Program-made: the position numbers and the translations under genes | The notes under the pieces: model-generated | The model's database searches: none | The model's input: the letters and a program-made list of their open reading frames with translations, nothing else | Told to the model about the DNA's origin: nothing | In this document: in pieces, positions 48,258 to 61,287 of the stretch | Numbering within the stretch: the stretch's first letter is position 1 | Layout of the letters: every line of letters begins with the position of its first letter | Origin: Squalus acanthias | Lineage: Eukaryota | Reading direction: 5' to 3' | DNA: 64,000 nt | NCBI GenBank assembly: GCA_030390025.1 | Contig: CM059432.1 | Coordinates: 4,340,001 to 4,404,000, forward strand

Positions 48258-48515
48258 TTGGCCATGGCTCAGTCGGTAGCACTCTCGCTCTCTGAGTCAG
48301 AAGGATGTGGCTTCATAGTCCCACTCCAGAGACTCGAGCACAAAAATCTAGACTGGCAATCCCTGAGGGAGTGCTGCACTGTCAGAGGTGCCGTCTCTCG
48401 GATGAGATGTTAAACTGAGACTACACTTCAAAGAAGTACTTCATTGGCTGTAAAGTGCTTTGGCACGTCCTGAGGTCGTGAAAGGCGCTATAGAAATGCA
48501 AATTCTTTCTCTCTT
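48258..48515 (+). mobile_element. Internally deleted DeuSINE
   Basis: tRNA head and tail with most of the core missing. Confidence 0.75.
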
Positions 48516-49228
48516 TTCTATAAGGCCTGTGAGCAAAGCTGAGAGTTGGGGGTTGGATGCCATCCAGCAGCGTACTTGCATCTGAGTGGAGTGGTGACCT
48601 TCACCAGCCCCCCTACCATCACGTGGAGCCACCAGCCCCTGGTGCACCCACAGGCTGTATTCTCAAACATTTATGATTACTTTTTTGGCAATAAAAAGAC
48701 AGATGATTTCAATCAATTATGAATCAAAGGTATCTTGCAACATTAATCTGAAAATCTGTTTGACCGTAATATGATCATTTTTTGCCGTACAGAAACTAAG
48801 TGACTTGATCATTGAACAACATTTGAGGCTGTCAAGAACATCATCATCAGAATGTTTAGAAATTGGATATTTAAAAAAAAAAGTTGGTAATCCCATTTAT
48901 AGAATAAATGTTTTCAGAATCTGGCACCTGAATTTAGGGACACAATGTGGGGGGTGGGGGGGGGTGCAGGGGGGGTTGCGGGAGTACATGTTAACTTAGG
49001 GCGATAGTGTAAAATGGGCGAGAGTGGATCAGGCATCCATTATAAAGTCAATGGGAACTCGGGCGGTGTGTGTATCGGGCAGTTGATTTGCTATTGCCCG
49101 CTTTACACCCTCGTTCAATGTTAAAATTATCACACCCCCACCCCCACCCCACGCCCTGACCCCCGCCATCAGTTGGAGTTTCCACCTGTGTCCTTAGAAC
49201 TACTAGTTCTGTGATAGAAGCCCTGCAG

Positions 49229-49285
49229 TGGTCCATGAAACAATGACTGGTCCATGAAACAATGACTGGTCCATGAAACAATGAT
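49229..49285. repeat. 19-bp tandem repeat, 3 copies
   Basis: Unit TGGTCCATGAAACAATGAC. Confidence 0.9.
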
Positions 49286-49287
49286 TC

Positions 49288-49920
49288 ATTTTTTATTCGC
49301 TTATGGGATCTGGGCGGCGCTGGCAAGGCCAGCATTTATTGCCCATCCCTAGTTGCCCTTGAGAAGGTGGTGGTGAGCCGCCTTCTTGAACCGCTGCAGT
49401 CCGTGTGGTGAAGGAGCTCCCACAGTGCTGTTAGGGAGGGAGTTCCAGGATTTTGACCCAGAGATGATGAAGGAACGACAATATACTTCCAAGTCAGGAT
49501 GGTGTGTGACTTGGAGGGGAACTTGGAGGTGGTGGTGTTCCCATGCGTTGCTGCCCCTGTCCTTCTAGGTGGAAGAGGTCACGGGTTTGGGAGTGCTGCC
49601 GAAGAAGCCTTGGCGAGTTACTGCAGTGCATCTTGTAGATGGTACACACTGCAGCCACGGTACGCCGGTGGTGGAGGGAGTGAATGTTTAAGGTGGTGGA
49701 TGGGGTGCCGATCCAGGGGGCTGCTTTGTCCTGGATGGTGTCGAGCTTCTTGAGTGTTGTTGGAGCTGCAACTCATCCAGGCAAGTGGAGCGTATTCCAT
49801 CACACTCCTTACTTGTGCCTTATAGATGGTGGAAAGGCTTTGGGGAGTCAGGAGGTGAGACACTCGCCACAGGATACCCAGCCTCTGACCTGCTCTTGTT
49901 GCCACAGTATTTATGTGGCA
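49288..49920 (-). mobile_element. Zenon-like LINE 3' part
   Basis: Reads GILWRVSHLLTPQSLSTIYKAQVRSVMEY. Confidence 0.88.
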
Positions 49921-50033
49921 ACAAGAACACTGATGGTACCAATGCAGCAAAAAGCAACCCCGCCCACCCCCGCAGAAGTATAAGAAGTAGCGTTGATTAA
50001 ATCTTAGAATTCTGATTCGAATTCAAAGGATCT

Positions 50034-50316
50034 GGGCTGGGAAATTGGACCCATTTGCGCCGGACGTCACGGCCGGTTTAGAAGTAAAGATGGCAGACGC
50101 CTCGCTTCGGCCCGCTTCCAACGGGTCCCGCGGCAGCCAAACTTTATTGGCCAGTTAACTGCACCCGATATTGCCCAGCCCCCCACCAACCCCCTCCCCA
50201 TTCAGCACTAAGCCAATCAGCAGTGCGTTTAGTGCTAAGATCAGCGCTGCAATCATTAGAACGAGCAGGCAGCTCGAATTTTGCTGCTTTTCGGGGCTTA
50301 TCCAATTTCTGGGCCC
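50034..50316. mobile_element. Small Harbinger-type MITE
   Basis: GGGCTGGGAAATTGGA...TCCAATTTCTGGGCCC. No clear TSD. Confidence 0.6.
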
Positions 50317-50439
50317 CAAAGTTTGGCTTTGTTGGATTTAATTTCCAAAAGCTGGCAATTAAGGCAAATATTTCCTAACCTGCGTGGGACACAGTTGCAT
50401 TCGATGTAAACTATACAAGAGTCGGAATAGACTGGATGT

Positions 50440-51290
50440 TTCGAGTAGTGCGCCTCTGGAATGCGTTGCCGCTTGGTGTGGTGGGTGCTGACTCTCTGTA
50501 TCCCTTCATGAGAGAGCTGGACCGGTTCCTGATTGGAGCAGGGATCGCATCATATAGAAGGTAAGTGTCTTTATAGATATTACACGGTCCGTGTGATCAC
50601 CTGGACTGGTTTCCATCGCCTGAGGGAGTTGGAGAGGAATTTTCCAGAGTACATTTTCCCCTCATGTGTCAGCTGTGGCTCACTGGGTCGCGCTCTCGCC
50701 TCTGAGTCAGAAGGTCGTGGGTTCAAGTCCCACTCCAGAGACTCGAGCGCAAAAATCCCAGCTGACATTCTCCAGTGCAGTGCTGAGGAAGCGCTGCACT
50801 GTCAGAGGTGCCGTCTTTCGGATGAGACGTTAAACCGAGGCCCCGTCTGCCCTCTCAGGTGGACGTAAAAGATCCCATGGCCACTATTTCGAAGAAGAGC
50901 AGAGGAGTTCTCCCCCGGTGTCCTGGGCCAATATTTATCCCTCAATCAACATCACTGAAGCAGATTATCTGGTCATTTATCACATTGCTGTTTGTGGGAG
51001 CTTGCTGTGCGTAAATTGGCTGCCGCGTTTCCTACATTACAACAGTGACTGCACTTCAAGAAGTGCTTCATTGGCTGTAAAGCGCTTTGGGATGCCCTGT
51101 GGTCGTGAAAGGCGCTATAGAAATGTGAGTCTTTCTTTGTTATTGGCCCTGGGGTTTCTGCCTCTCCCAGGATGTTACGTGGCTGCGGAGGAGGGGGAGG
51201 GGGTTGGAAGCGTCTCGTCACGTTGCTCCGGCCATCATGAGGTGCGGGGCAGGCTTGATGGACCAGCTGGTCTTTTCCTGCCCGTGTGTT
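50440..51290 (+). mobile_element. Distinct CR1-like 3' end with a long UTR, interrupted by a DeuSINE
   Basis: RVVRLWNALP..RELDRFL-type end, homologous to 55990-57240(-). Confidence 0.65.
50665..51140 (+). mobile_element. Full-length DeuSINE (SacSINE1-like)
   Basis: tRNA head, Deu core and tail. Confidence 0.9.
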
Positions 51291-51684
51291 GCTGTGCTCA
51301 TTCAATGACTGACAGACACCGACTCTCCCCGATAAACTACCAGTGACAAGACTGCACGGTACAGCGTTAGACTAGCAGACGTCAGAGATCTGCATACGCG
51401 CCACAAAACTATATTATGCCCTTCTCACTAGGATGTCAGGAATGAGATGAATACCCATTATAATATCATCTCTCCATCCTAGCATAGATTGAAATTTAAT
51501 TTAGAATTGGTACCCAATTTAGGTATTATGCCTCGAGGCAAAGTCACGTTAATGGGGAAGAAGCATGTTGGGATGGCAACCATCTGATTTACATTGGACG
51601 TGTACAGAGGAACTCATGCTTTTACGCCGCTATTTTATTTAAAGTGACAGACGTATCAAAAAATTAATTTGGAAAATATGTAAA

Positions 51685-51985
51685 GGGTCGGTAACCAGAG
51701 GACGCAGATTGACGGTAACTGCCACAAGAACCAGAGGGGGAGATGAGGAGGAGGTTTTTTTTCCACACAGCGATTTGTGATCTGGAACGCGCTGCCTGAA
51801 AAGGCGGTGGAAGCAGATTCAATAGTAACTTTCAAAAGGGGAATTGGATAAATACTTGAAAAGGATAAATGTGCCGGGCCTATGGGAGAAAGAGCGGGGG
51901 GGGAGCGGGACTAATTGGAGAGCTCTTTCAAAGAGCCAGCACAGGCAGGATGGGCCGAATGGCCTCCTTCTGTGATTCTACGATT
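51685..51985 (+). mobile_element. CR1 3' end
   Basis: gggtcggtaaccagagga...gggccgaatggcctcc. Confidence 0.8.
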
Positions 51986-52091
51986 TTCTTTTCACACTAA
52001 TTCAAAATGTGAACCTGTTTAAACTCATACTTCAGAATTTGGAACTAACCTTTATTAGCAGTTAACAACAAAATCAATTCCTGTGTAATAC

Positions 52092-52800
52092 ACCCATCGC
52101 CCCCTGTGCTCGCTGACCTACATTGGCTCCCGGTCCGGCAACGCCTCGATTTTAAAATTCTCATCCTCGTTTTCAAATCCCTCCATGGCCCTCGCCCCCC
52201 CTCCCTATCTCTGTCACCTCCTCCGGCTCTACAACCCTCCGAGATATCTGCGCTCCTCCAATACTGGCCTCTTGCGCAGTCAGGATTTTAACGTAGTAAA
52301 ACTTCCCAAGGTGCTTCACAGGAGCGCTAGCAAACAAAAATTGACGCCGGGATATTAGGACAGGCGGCCAAAAGCTTGGTCAAAGAGGTAGGTTTTAAGG
52401 AGCGTCTTAAAGGAGGACAGAGAGGCGGAGAGGTTTAGGGAGGGAATTCCAGAGCTCGGGGCCCAGGCAGCTGAAGGTACAGCCACCAATGGTGGAGCGA
52501 TTAAAACTGGGGATGTGCAAGAGGCCAGAATTGGAGGAGAGCAGAGATCTCGGAGGGTTGTCGGGTTGGAGGAGATTACAGAGATAGGGAGGGAGCGAGG
52601 CCATGGAGGGATTTGAACAACAAGATGCGAATTTTAAAATCGAGGCGTTGCCAGACCGGGAGCCAATGTAGGTCAGCGAGCACAGTGGGAGTGATGGGAG
52701 AACGGGACTTGGTGCGAGTTAGGACACGGGGGCAGCAGAGTTTTGGATGAATTTACAGAGGGTGGAAGATGGGAGGCCGGCCAGAAGAACGTTGGAATAA
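52092..52800. mobile_element. Two L2 3' fragments in inverted orientation (+ 52092-52280, - 52285-52800)
   Basis: LADLHWLPVRQRLDFKIL on + and the same region on -. Confidence 0.85.
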
Positions 52801-53048
52801 TATAATGAAGGTTTCACCTTAAAAATTTTAATGCTAATTTTCTGTCCCTAACCACAGCCACCATTTTTTTATTTCAGAGAAGCTCAGAGAAACAATCAAT
52901 TGTTAGCCATTATCAAGACTCATGCTAGAAAATGCTAAAAAAAATATATAAAATAAGAAGCATTCACAATTTAAATTTAATTTTGGAAGAAGACAAATTT
53001 TTTTTTAACTGTATTAGATATACCTAGGTGGCGGACATAATATAGTTA

Positions 53049-53660
53049 CAAAAGCAAAATACTGTGGACGCTGGAAATCTGAAATAACAACAGAAAATGC
53101 TGGAGACACTCAGCAGGTCAGGCAGCATCTGTGGAGAGAGAAACAGAGTCAACGTTCCAGGGCGATGACCCTTCGTCAGAACTGGAAAAAGTTAGCGATT
53201 TAACAGGTTTTAAGCAAGTGTAGTAGCAGGGAGAGGGGGGAGGGGAGGAAAGAACAAAAGGGAAGGTCTGTGACAGGGTGGAAGGCAGGAAAGATTAAAT
53301 GACAAAAGGGATGATGGTGCAAAGTGAAAGGGGATGGTAATGGGAAAAGTTAAGAAACAAAAGATGGGTCTGGAGGAGGTGTCAATGGGAATGGCAGAAT
53401 CAACAACAGCTGCTGTCGTCTGGAAAAATGGGGGCAGAGGTTATGGTCTGAAATTGTTGAACTCGATGTTGAGTCCAGAAGGCTGTAAAGTGCCTAATGG
53501 AAAGATGAGGTGCCTTCCTCGAGCTTACGTTGAGCTTCGTTGGAACAGTGTAAGAGGCCGAGGACAGAGAGGTCAGAGTGGGAGTGGGGCGGAGAATTAA
53601 AGTGACAGGCGACAGAAAACTCGGGGTCGCGTTTGCGGACTGAACGGAGGTGCTCAGCAA
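53049..53660 (-). mobile_element. Penelope-like element 3' part with GIY-YIG endonuclease C-terminus (53441-53660)
   Basis: The minus strand translates AEHLRSVRKRDPEFSVACHFNSPPHSHSDLSVLGL...LGTLQPSGLNIEFNNFRP* with one frameshift. The hammerhead at ~53146-53183 has GAAA mutated. Confidence 0.9.
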
Positions 53661-53869
53661 TAACATAATATAGTTAATGGGTATAGCCTGTAGTGTTTCC
53701 AATATGGTTTAAGTATATTATTAACTAATTTAAACAAAACATCACTCACGCAACTGGAAATGACAGGTTAAAAGATTTATTTAACCAAATCAAATTCAGA
53801 TTCTTTCACTTACTATACTTTGGTAATGAAAATCAAATAGTAAATCATTTTATTGTTAGCACAGTGTGA

Positions 53870-54495
53870 AAGAAAAAAGTCTTGCATTTCTATAGCGCCT
53901 TTCACGACCTCAGGATGTCCCAAAGTGCTTTCCAGCCAATGAAGTACTTTTGAAGTGTAGTCACTGTTGGAATGCAGGGAGACAGATGCTCTATGAATAG
54001 AAACACTAACTGTGTTGTATTATCTCAGGATTTAGGAGGTGTGGTTGCCTTGGTTGGCCACCGATTACTCTCACTGGTGTCGAACTGAAGTTGTAACCGG
54101 GGGGCTCTGGTCGTGCTGTATCATGCCATATATCTATCCTGAATGTGCAAAAATCCATGGCTAAGGATCGTGTGAGCAGCAGGTACCTAGCAACCACATT
54201 GCTTAACCTTACAGCTCCTTCAAACCTACCTCTTTGACCAAGCTTTCGGTCACCTGTCCTAATATCTCCTCATGTGACTCGGTGTCAAATTTTGTCTGAT
54301 AATCGCTCCCGTGAAGCGCCTTGGGACATTTTACTGCGTTAAAGGCGCTGTATAAATGCAAGTTGTTGTTGTTGTTATGGAATGATACAGCACAGAAGGA
54401 GGCCATTCGGCCCAGCGTGCCTGTGCCGGCTCTTTGAAAGCACTACCCAATTAGTCCTGCCCCTCCTGCTGGTTTCCCCATAGTCCTGCACATTG
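53870..54495. mobile_element. Cluster of short tails: DeuSINE (-, 53870-53975), L2 (+, 54215-54376), CR1 (-, 54378-54495)
   Basis: Matches to the family tails seen elsewhere in the window. Confidence 0.7.
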
Positions 54496-55213
54496 TTCCA
54501 ATAAGATAAGACAGCTGGGATAGTAAAGTGTTAAAGAAACACAGTAATTGGAATAAGGTCAGATGAAAGAGCTAAAAGATATCTTGGGAGAGCTCTTACT
54601 TTAATAATGCAAGACCATCCCTGAGATACATCACAGAGATTTAAGGGTTATGAGGTTTGCTTTTAATTTGATTATTCTGTTGTTTTTGATTGGAATACTC
54701 TTTCTTTGACGGGGAGATTAGATCCGGGATAGAACTTGACACCATTGAAAGTTGATTGCACGTTTACGTTTCGAATAACAATGGTTGGCACAATCTGCTA
54801 CTTTGGTTAATTAAGTTACATCATTAAGTTATAGTCGTCCTTTCATTAGTGCGGTCAATTTCAGGCAGTTTGTTAATGTTAAACAATTGCAAATAAGCAT
54901 TCTTCGACTCGACTCCGACTTGATCCAAATCCATCATCCTTTAAGACTCGGCTCGTGAATGCAAATTGCGAGGGGATAAAGCAAAGGATTTGATGGCATC
55001 AGCTTAAAATCCTTTTGACACTGAAAGGGCTTTCAAGATCACATCGAAATTGTCAAAGGACAGTGTTTCCGAGTGTTGTATGGCAGAAGCCCAAGGTTTG
55101 AAGCTTGTGTCCAAGCTGGAGTTCAAAATCTCTGCATCACATCAAAGTAAAAAAAAACCCAGCTAAGTTAATGACTTTGTTTCTAATCCAGCCCCGAGTA
55201 AGTGAATGTGACA

Positions 55214-55627
55214 ATGCCTGAGGAGTAAAAAGCAACTCCCAAGAAGGGCGCTAGGAAAGCGTTGAATGAAGTGGCAGCAAAGGGCCGCAAGAAACAGAGG
55301 AGGTGGAGGATGGAGAGTTCCTCCAACTACATCTACAAAGCGAGGAAGCACCTTCACCCGGACACCAGTTTCTCCTCTAAGGTCACGAGCATCACAAAAT
55401 CCTTTGTCAACGATACTTTTGAGAGCATCTCGGGGGGGAGGGTGAAGCTTCCCGCCCGGCCCTTTACAACAAGCATTCGACCGTCAGCTCCCGGGAGATC
55501 CAGACCGCCGTGCGTCTCGCTGCTGCCCGTGATTGGGGGGGGGGAGGAGGGCGGGGGGGAGCTGACCAAGCACAACGTGTCGGAAAGGGACAAAGAACCA
55601 GTGGCCAAGTGCACCAGCTCCAAATAA
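55214..55627 (+). pseudogene. H2B: Histone H2B pseudogene
   Basis: MPEE*KATPKKG...YIYK...HPDT..SSK...SFVNDTFE / EASR..YNK.ST.SSREIQTAVR / LLP..GELTKH.VSE...KCTSSK*. It has a stop at codon 5, frameshifts and G-rich insertions. Confidence 0.92.
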
Positions 55628-55989
55628 AACTCCACAAAGCACTGATGAAACACGACGGGACACATCAGTTGTAAGTATGCTGGGGGGGGTGGTGATGGAG
55701 TGCTGTTGCAGGCACAGCATGGAAGGTGCTCCTTGCTATTTAACATTAATGAGTTCTTCATTAGATCACACGTGGACACCATCTGGCAGATTGAAAACCA
55801 GCTCAAGCTTAAAGCTGCAGAGGTCCCTTTTGCTGGTTGGTGTTACCGCCCATCAAAAGCCTGCTGTTCCTTTCCTAAAGTAAGTACAGTTTTTTAAAGT
55901 GCATCGTAAAGGTTATTTCAAATTGGTTGAAAGTTGTAGACATTGCGAAAATGCTATTAAAGGAACATGTTGTGAACAAGCTGAGGACG

Positions 55990-57240
55990 AAATTGAGGGG
56001 CAGGAATAGACAAGCTGGTCCATCGAGCCTGCCTTACGAAGGATGAAACATCATGACGAGACCCATCACCCATTCCATTCCCACCCGCAAACCCCCCCCC
56101 CCCACCACCACCCCCACCCCACAGCCGTGTAACCTCCTGGGAGAGGATAAAAAACCAGCTCAAACCCAGGGCCAATAAGGCTGCAACACTCTGGAAAATT
56201 CCTCTCGCACTCCCTCAGGCGATCGGAACCAGTCCAGGAGATCACACGGGCCAAGGGGTGAATTTTAACCCCCAGGAATGGGTGGGTTGGGGTCTGGTCA
56301 GGTGTAAAAAAAAAAAAAAAATTTTTAATCTGAAACCCAACCCCCAATTCGCCTCCATCCTGCCCACTTCCGGGTTTAACGGAGGCGGGACACGGGGCGG
56401 GCAGCCAACCCGCTCGCAGGAGGTTGGGTTGGCAATTTAAGTATGTTAATGAGGCTGGCAGTAATGTTCCCTGCAAGCTGCCCGGTCGAGCAACGCTCCG
56501 GGGATCCCGCACAGCCGGCTTGCCGTCTTTTCAATACAGAAACCGCGCACGCGCAGTATTTTGAGTGGGGCCCACGCAGCCCCTGAAAGGAGCCGCGAGG
56601 CGCCAAAAAAAATCGGATGGCAGCCTCGGATTTAACCTGCTTTGCCGGTTTCACAGTGGCCGGCCCCGTTTCCCAGGCCTCGGGAAACCCGGCAGCTGAA
56701 GGGAGGCGAGAACAGCTTTGGGCAGAAGGTAAGTGCCTTCACAGCACTGGTTGTGGGCCAGGAGAAGCAGGAGCGCTTCCCCCCCGGCTCTCCCCCCCGC
56801 CCAAGCTCCTCCCCATCAGACCTCCCCCCATACAGAGACCCCCGGGGTCTGGGATCGGACGCCTCCCTGCCCCGGATTGGGGATCAGACCCCTCCGGGAT
56901 CCCAGTAGCAGCTTTAGGCTCCCGACCTGCTCCTGCGGCCTGCTTTGAAGTCCCCCCCGCCCAACTGGAAGCCAAGCCTGTCAATCAGGGCAGGTTACCT
57001 GTCAAGGAGAAAGGTTGCATGTAAACTCCACAGCAAGTGTACCAGTCAGAAACTCCAGCCCCCCCCCACCCAGCCTATGTAACCCGCCCCTGTCAATATC
57101 GGCACCCAAGCGATATCTGTAAAGACGTTTACCTTCTATATGATGCGATCCATGCCCCTGTCAAGAATCGGTCCAGCTCCCTCTTGAAGGGAGACAGAGA
57201 AATTGCTCCCAACACACCAGCTGGCAATGCATTCCAGAGG
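55990..57240 (-). mobile_element. CR1-like 3' end (family of 50440-51290) interrupted by nested DNA elements
   Basis: The sequence is continuous across 56254/57110 when compared with the uninterrupted segment at ~50570-50600. Confidence 0.7.
56255..57106. mobile_element. Harbinger-type non-autonomous element containing a reversed hAT MITE (~56462-56615)
   Basis: TSD CAA on both sides with degenerate TIRs. The internal piece TAATGTTCCC... is related to 24973 and 32423. Confidence 0.6.
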
Positions 57241-58485
57241 ATCTCTGCACTCCTCCAATTCTGGCCTCTTGCGCATCTCTGATTCCCTTCACGCTTCGTG
57301 CCTTCAGCTGCCTGGGCCCTAAGCTCTGGAATTCCCTCCCTAAACCTCTCCGCCTCTCTCTCCTCCTTTAAGACGCTCCTTAAAACCTACCTCTTTGACC
57401 ATAAGAACATAAGAAATAGGAGCAGGAGTAGGCCATTCTGCCCCTTGCGCCTGCTCCGCCATTCAATAAGATCATGGCCGATCTGATCTTGGCCTCAACT
57501 CCACTTTCCTGCCCGTTCCCCATAACCCTTGATTCCCCTGTTTTTCAAAAATCTGTCTATCTCCGCCCTGAATATATTCAATGACGCCGCCTCCACAGCT
57601 CTCTGGGTAGAGAATTCCAAAGATTCACGACCCTCTGATAGAAGAAATTCCTCCTCATCTCCGTTTTAAATGGGCAACCCCTTATTCCGAAACTATGCCC
57701 CCTGGTTCTAGATTCCCCCACGAGGGGAAATATCCTCCCTGCACCTTTTTTTTAAATTCACTTATGGGATGTCGGCGTCGCTGGCAAGGCCAGCATTTAT
57801 TGCCCATCCCTAATTGCCCTCGAGAAGGTGGTGGTGAGCCGCCTTCTTGAACTACTGCAGTCCGTGTGGTGAAGGTACTCCCACAGTGCTGTTAGGGAGG
57901 GAGTTCCAGGATTTTGACCCAGCGACGATGAAGGATTGGCCAATATATTACTAAGTCAGGATGGTGTGTGACTTGGAGGGGAGCATCTACCCTGTCAATC
58001 CCCCTCAGAATCTTATATTTTTCAATAAGATCACCTCTCATTCTTCTAAACTCCAGTGAGTATAGGCCCAACCTGCTCAACCTTTCCTCATAAGACAACC
58101 CCTTCATCTCAGGAATCAACCTAGTGAACCTTCTCTGAACTGCCTCCAATGCAAGTATATCCCTCCTTAAATAAGGAGACCAAAACTGTACGCAGTACTC
58201 CAGGTGTGGTCTCACCAACGCCCTGTACAGTTGTAGCAGGACTTCCCTACTTTTATACTCCATCCCCCTTGCAATAAAGGCCAACATTCCATTTGCCTTC
58301 CTGATTACTTGCTGCACCTGCATGCTAACTTTTTGTGTTTCATGTACGACCAGGCTTTTGGACACCTGTCCCAATATCTCCTTATGTGGCTCGGTGTCAA
58401 ATTGTGTCTGATAATCGCTCCTGTGACGCGCCTCGGGATGTTTTACCAGATTAAAGGCGCTGTGTAAATGCAAGTAGTTGCTATT
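57238..58485. mobile_element. L2 tail (+) split by a CR1 (-, 57400-58348), which is split by a Zenon-like fragment (-, ~57745-57982)
   Basis: L2 ctctttgacc|caggcttttgg continuity across the CR1, and chimeric ORF 57892-58671. Confidence 0.8.
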
Positions 58486-58584
58486 GGGGTGTAATACGGG
58501 TTGCCGATTCGTTATCGTCCGTTTAGCTCGCCGGCAAAGACTGAGTTCACCCCCCGATGTGAATTTAAGGGTTGGCAGCGTTCT

Positions 58585-58992
58585 AGCCAATGAAGTACTT
58601 TTTGAAGTGTAGTCACTGTCGTAATGTAGGAAAACACGGCAGGCCAATTGCGCACAGGCAAGATCCCACAAAAAGCAATGTGCTAATGACCAGATAATCT
58701 GTTTTAGTGATGTTGGCTGAGGGATAAATATTGGCCCCAGGACACCGGGGAGAACTCCCCTGCTCTTCTTCGAAATAGTGCCCGGGATCTTTTACATCCA
58801 CCTGAGAGGGCAGACGTTAATTAGTTAAACATTTCATCCGAAAGACGGCACCTCCGACAGTGCGGCACTCCCTCATCATTGCACTGGAGCGTCAGCCTAG
58901 ATTTTTGTGCTCAAGTCTCTGGAGTGGGACTTGAACCCACAACCTTCTAACTCAGAGGCGAGGGTGCTGCCCACTGAGCCACAGCTGACACC
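58585..58992 (-). mobile_element. DeuSINE (SacSINE1-like)
   Basis: tRNA head at 58992 and Deu core. Confidence 0.88.
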
Positions 58993-59199
58993 AAGATTAT
59001 AGAACACGTTACAAACAGATTTTGGGGCAAAAACCCGAGTGAATATTCTAAACCAAAACATCCACCTCAACGAAAGTAAAATTTCTATCAGCAGAAAAAG
59101 CATTCCACCAATCGAGAATTAAGATATCCAGTTATTAATTATCAGACCTGAAGTTATTACCTTTGGGCCCCTACCCAATCTTTTCCCCCGCCAATGATT

Positions 59200-59570
59200 C
59201 CATCACCCCTCCTCTCCAGCCACACTCTCAGGCTGCACCAGACTGTTTGCCACCTCGGCATCCTGTTTTACCCTGAGCTAAACTTCAAACCTTCCTCCCC
59301 CATCCTCTCCCTTACAAGGACCACTTATTTCCAAAGTATTACCTACCTCAACCTCTCTTCTAATGAAACCCTTTGCTATCTTCAGACTCAGGCAGTCCAA
59401 AATTCTCCTTTACTAGTATCCCATCTTCCACTCACCATAGACTCCAATTTGTCCAAATTCCCCATCCACGTATCCTGTCCTGCACTAAGCCCTGCTCGCC
59501 CATCACACCAGTCCTCGTTACGTTGACTCCCTTCCCTGAAAACCACAAGTTTAAAATTCCTCATCCTCAT
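59200..59570 (+). mobile_element. Highly diverged L2 fragment
   Basis: Similar to 41985-42365. Confidence 0.55.
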
Positions 59571-59571
59571 C

Positions 59572-61260
59572 ACAGAATCATACGGCACGAAAGGAGCCCA
59601 TCATGCCTGTGAAGGAATTATCCAATTAGTCTCACTCCCCCTGCTCTTTCCCCAGAGCCCTGCAAATTTCTCCCATTCAACTATTTATCCAATTCCCTTT
59701 TAAAAGTCACTATTGAATCTGCTCCCACCGCCCTTTCAGGCAGCGCATTGCAGATCACAACAACTCGCTGCGTAAAAAATATTCTCCTCATCTCGCCCTC
59801 TGGTTCTTTTGCCAATTACCTTAATTCTGTGTCCTCTGGTTACCGACCCTCCTGCCAGTGGAAACAGTTTCTCCTTATTTACTCTATCACAACCCCTCAT
59901 GATTTTGAACACCTCTATCAAATCTCCCCTTAACCTTCTCTGCTCCAAGGAGAACAACCCCAGCTTCTCCAGTCTCTCCACATAACTGAAGTCCCTCATT
60001 CCTGGTGCCATTCTGGTAAATCTCCTCTGCACCCTCTCCAAGGCCTTGACATCCTTCCTAAAGTGCGGTGCCCAGGATTGGACACAATACTCCAGCTGGG
60101 GCCTAACCAGTGATTTATAAAGGTTTGCCTTAAATTCTTTGCTTTTGTACTCTAATCCTCTATGTATAAAGCCAAGGATCCTGTGTGCCTTTTTAACAGC
60201 TTTATCACTTGTCCTGCCATCTTCAAAGATTTGTGTACATACACCCCCAGGTCCCTCTGTTCCTGCACCCCCTTTAGAATTGTACCATTTAGTTTATATT
60301 GCCTCTCCTCATTCTTCCTACCAAAATGCATCACTCCACACTTCTCTGCATTAAATTTCATCTGCCGTGTGTCCGCCTGTTCCACCAGTCTGTCCATGAC
60401 CTCCTGAAATCTGCTACTGTCCTCCTCACTGTTTACTACATGTCTGAGATTTGTGTCATCTGCAAACTTTGAAATGATGCCCCGGCTACCCGAGTCCAGG
60501 TCATGAATATATATGAAAAAGAGCAGTGGTCCTAATACTGACCTCTGGGGGACACCACCGCACACTTCCCTCCAGTCTGAAAAACAACCGTTCACCACTA
60601 CTCTCTGCTTTCTGTCGGTTAGCAAATTTCGTATCCACACAGCCGCTGTCCCTTTAACCCCATGAGCTTCAATTGTGCTAACAAGACTATTATGCGGCAC
60701 TTTATCAAACGCCTTTTGAAAATCCACAAACACAACATCAACTGCACTACAGTCATCAACCCTCTCCTATACTTCCTCAACAAACTCAATCTATGGCTGG
60801 CTATTATTGGTTAACCCATGTTTTTCCAAGTGACAATTAATTAATTATTTTAGGCTGACTCTCCTGTCGTGAGCTGGTTTATCCCTCTCCCCTTTTTTGA
60901 ACTGCAGCGTAACATTTGCAACCCTCCAGCCCTCTGGCACCACTCCCGTATCTAAGGAGGATTGAAAGATTGTGGCCAGAGCCGCCACTATTTACATTCT
61001 TACTCCCCTCAGCAACCTAGGATGCATCCCATCCGGACCGGGTCACTTTTCTACTTTGAGCACTGCCAACCTTTTAAGTATCTCCTCTTTATCTATTTTT
61101 ATCCTGTCCAGTTTCTCCACTACCTCCTCCTTTACTGTGACATTGGCAGCAATCCTCTTCCTTTGTGAAGAAAGATTTAAAATTCTCATTCAGTACCTCA
61201 GCCTCCATGAGAAGGTCTCCATTTTGGTCCCTAATCGGCCACACCTTTCCTTTAACTATC
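59572..61260 (-). mobile_element. Long CR1 RT fragment with internal deletions
   Basis: ORF 60152-60733 (DFQKAFDKVPH, GVPQ.SVLGP, FADD) and ORF 59736-60041. Confidence 0.9.
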
Positions 61261-61287
61261 CTTTATACTATTTATATATTATATGGA

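Noticed and set aside
53146..53183. Functional hammerhead ribozyme
   Set aside because: The GAAA core is mutated to GGAA, and stems I and II carry substitutions.
57892..58671. 259-aa ORF as a novel gene
   Set aside because: It is a chance read-through of SINE, L2, CR1 and Zenon-like fragments.
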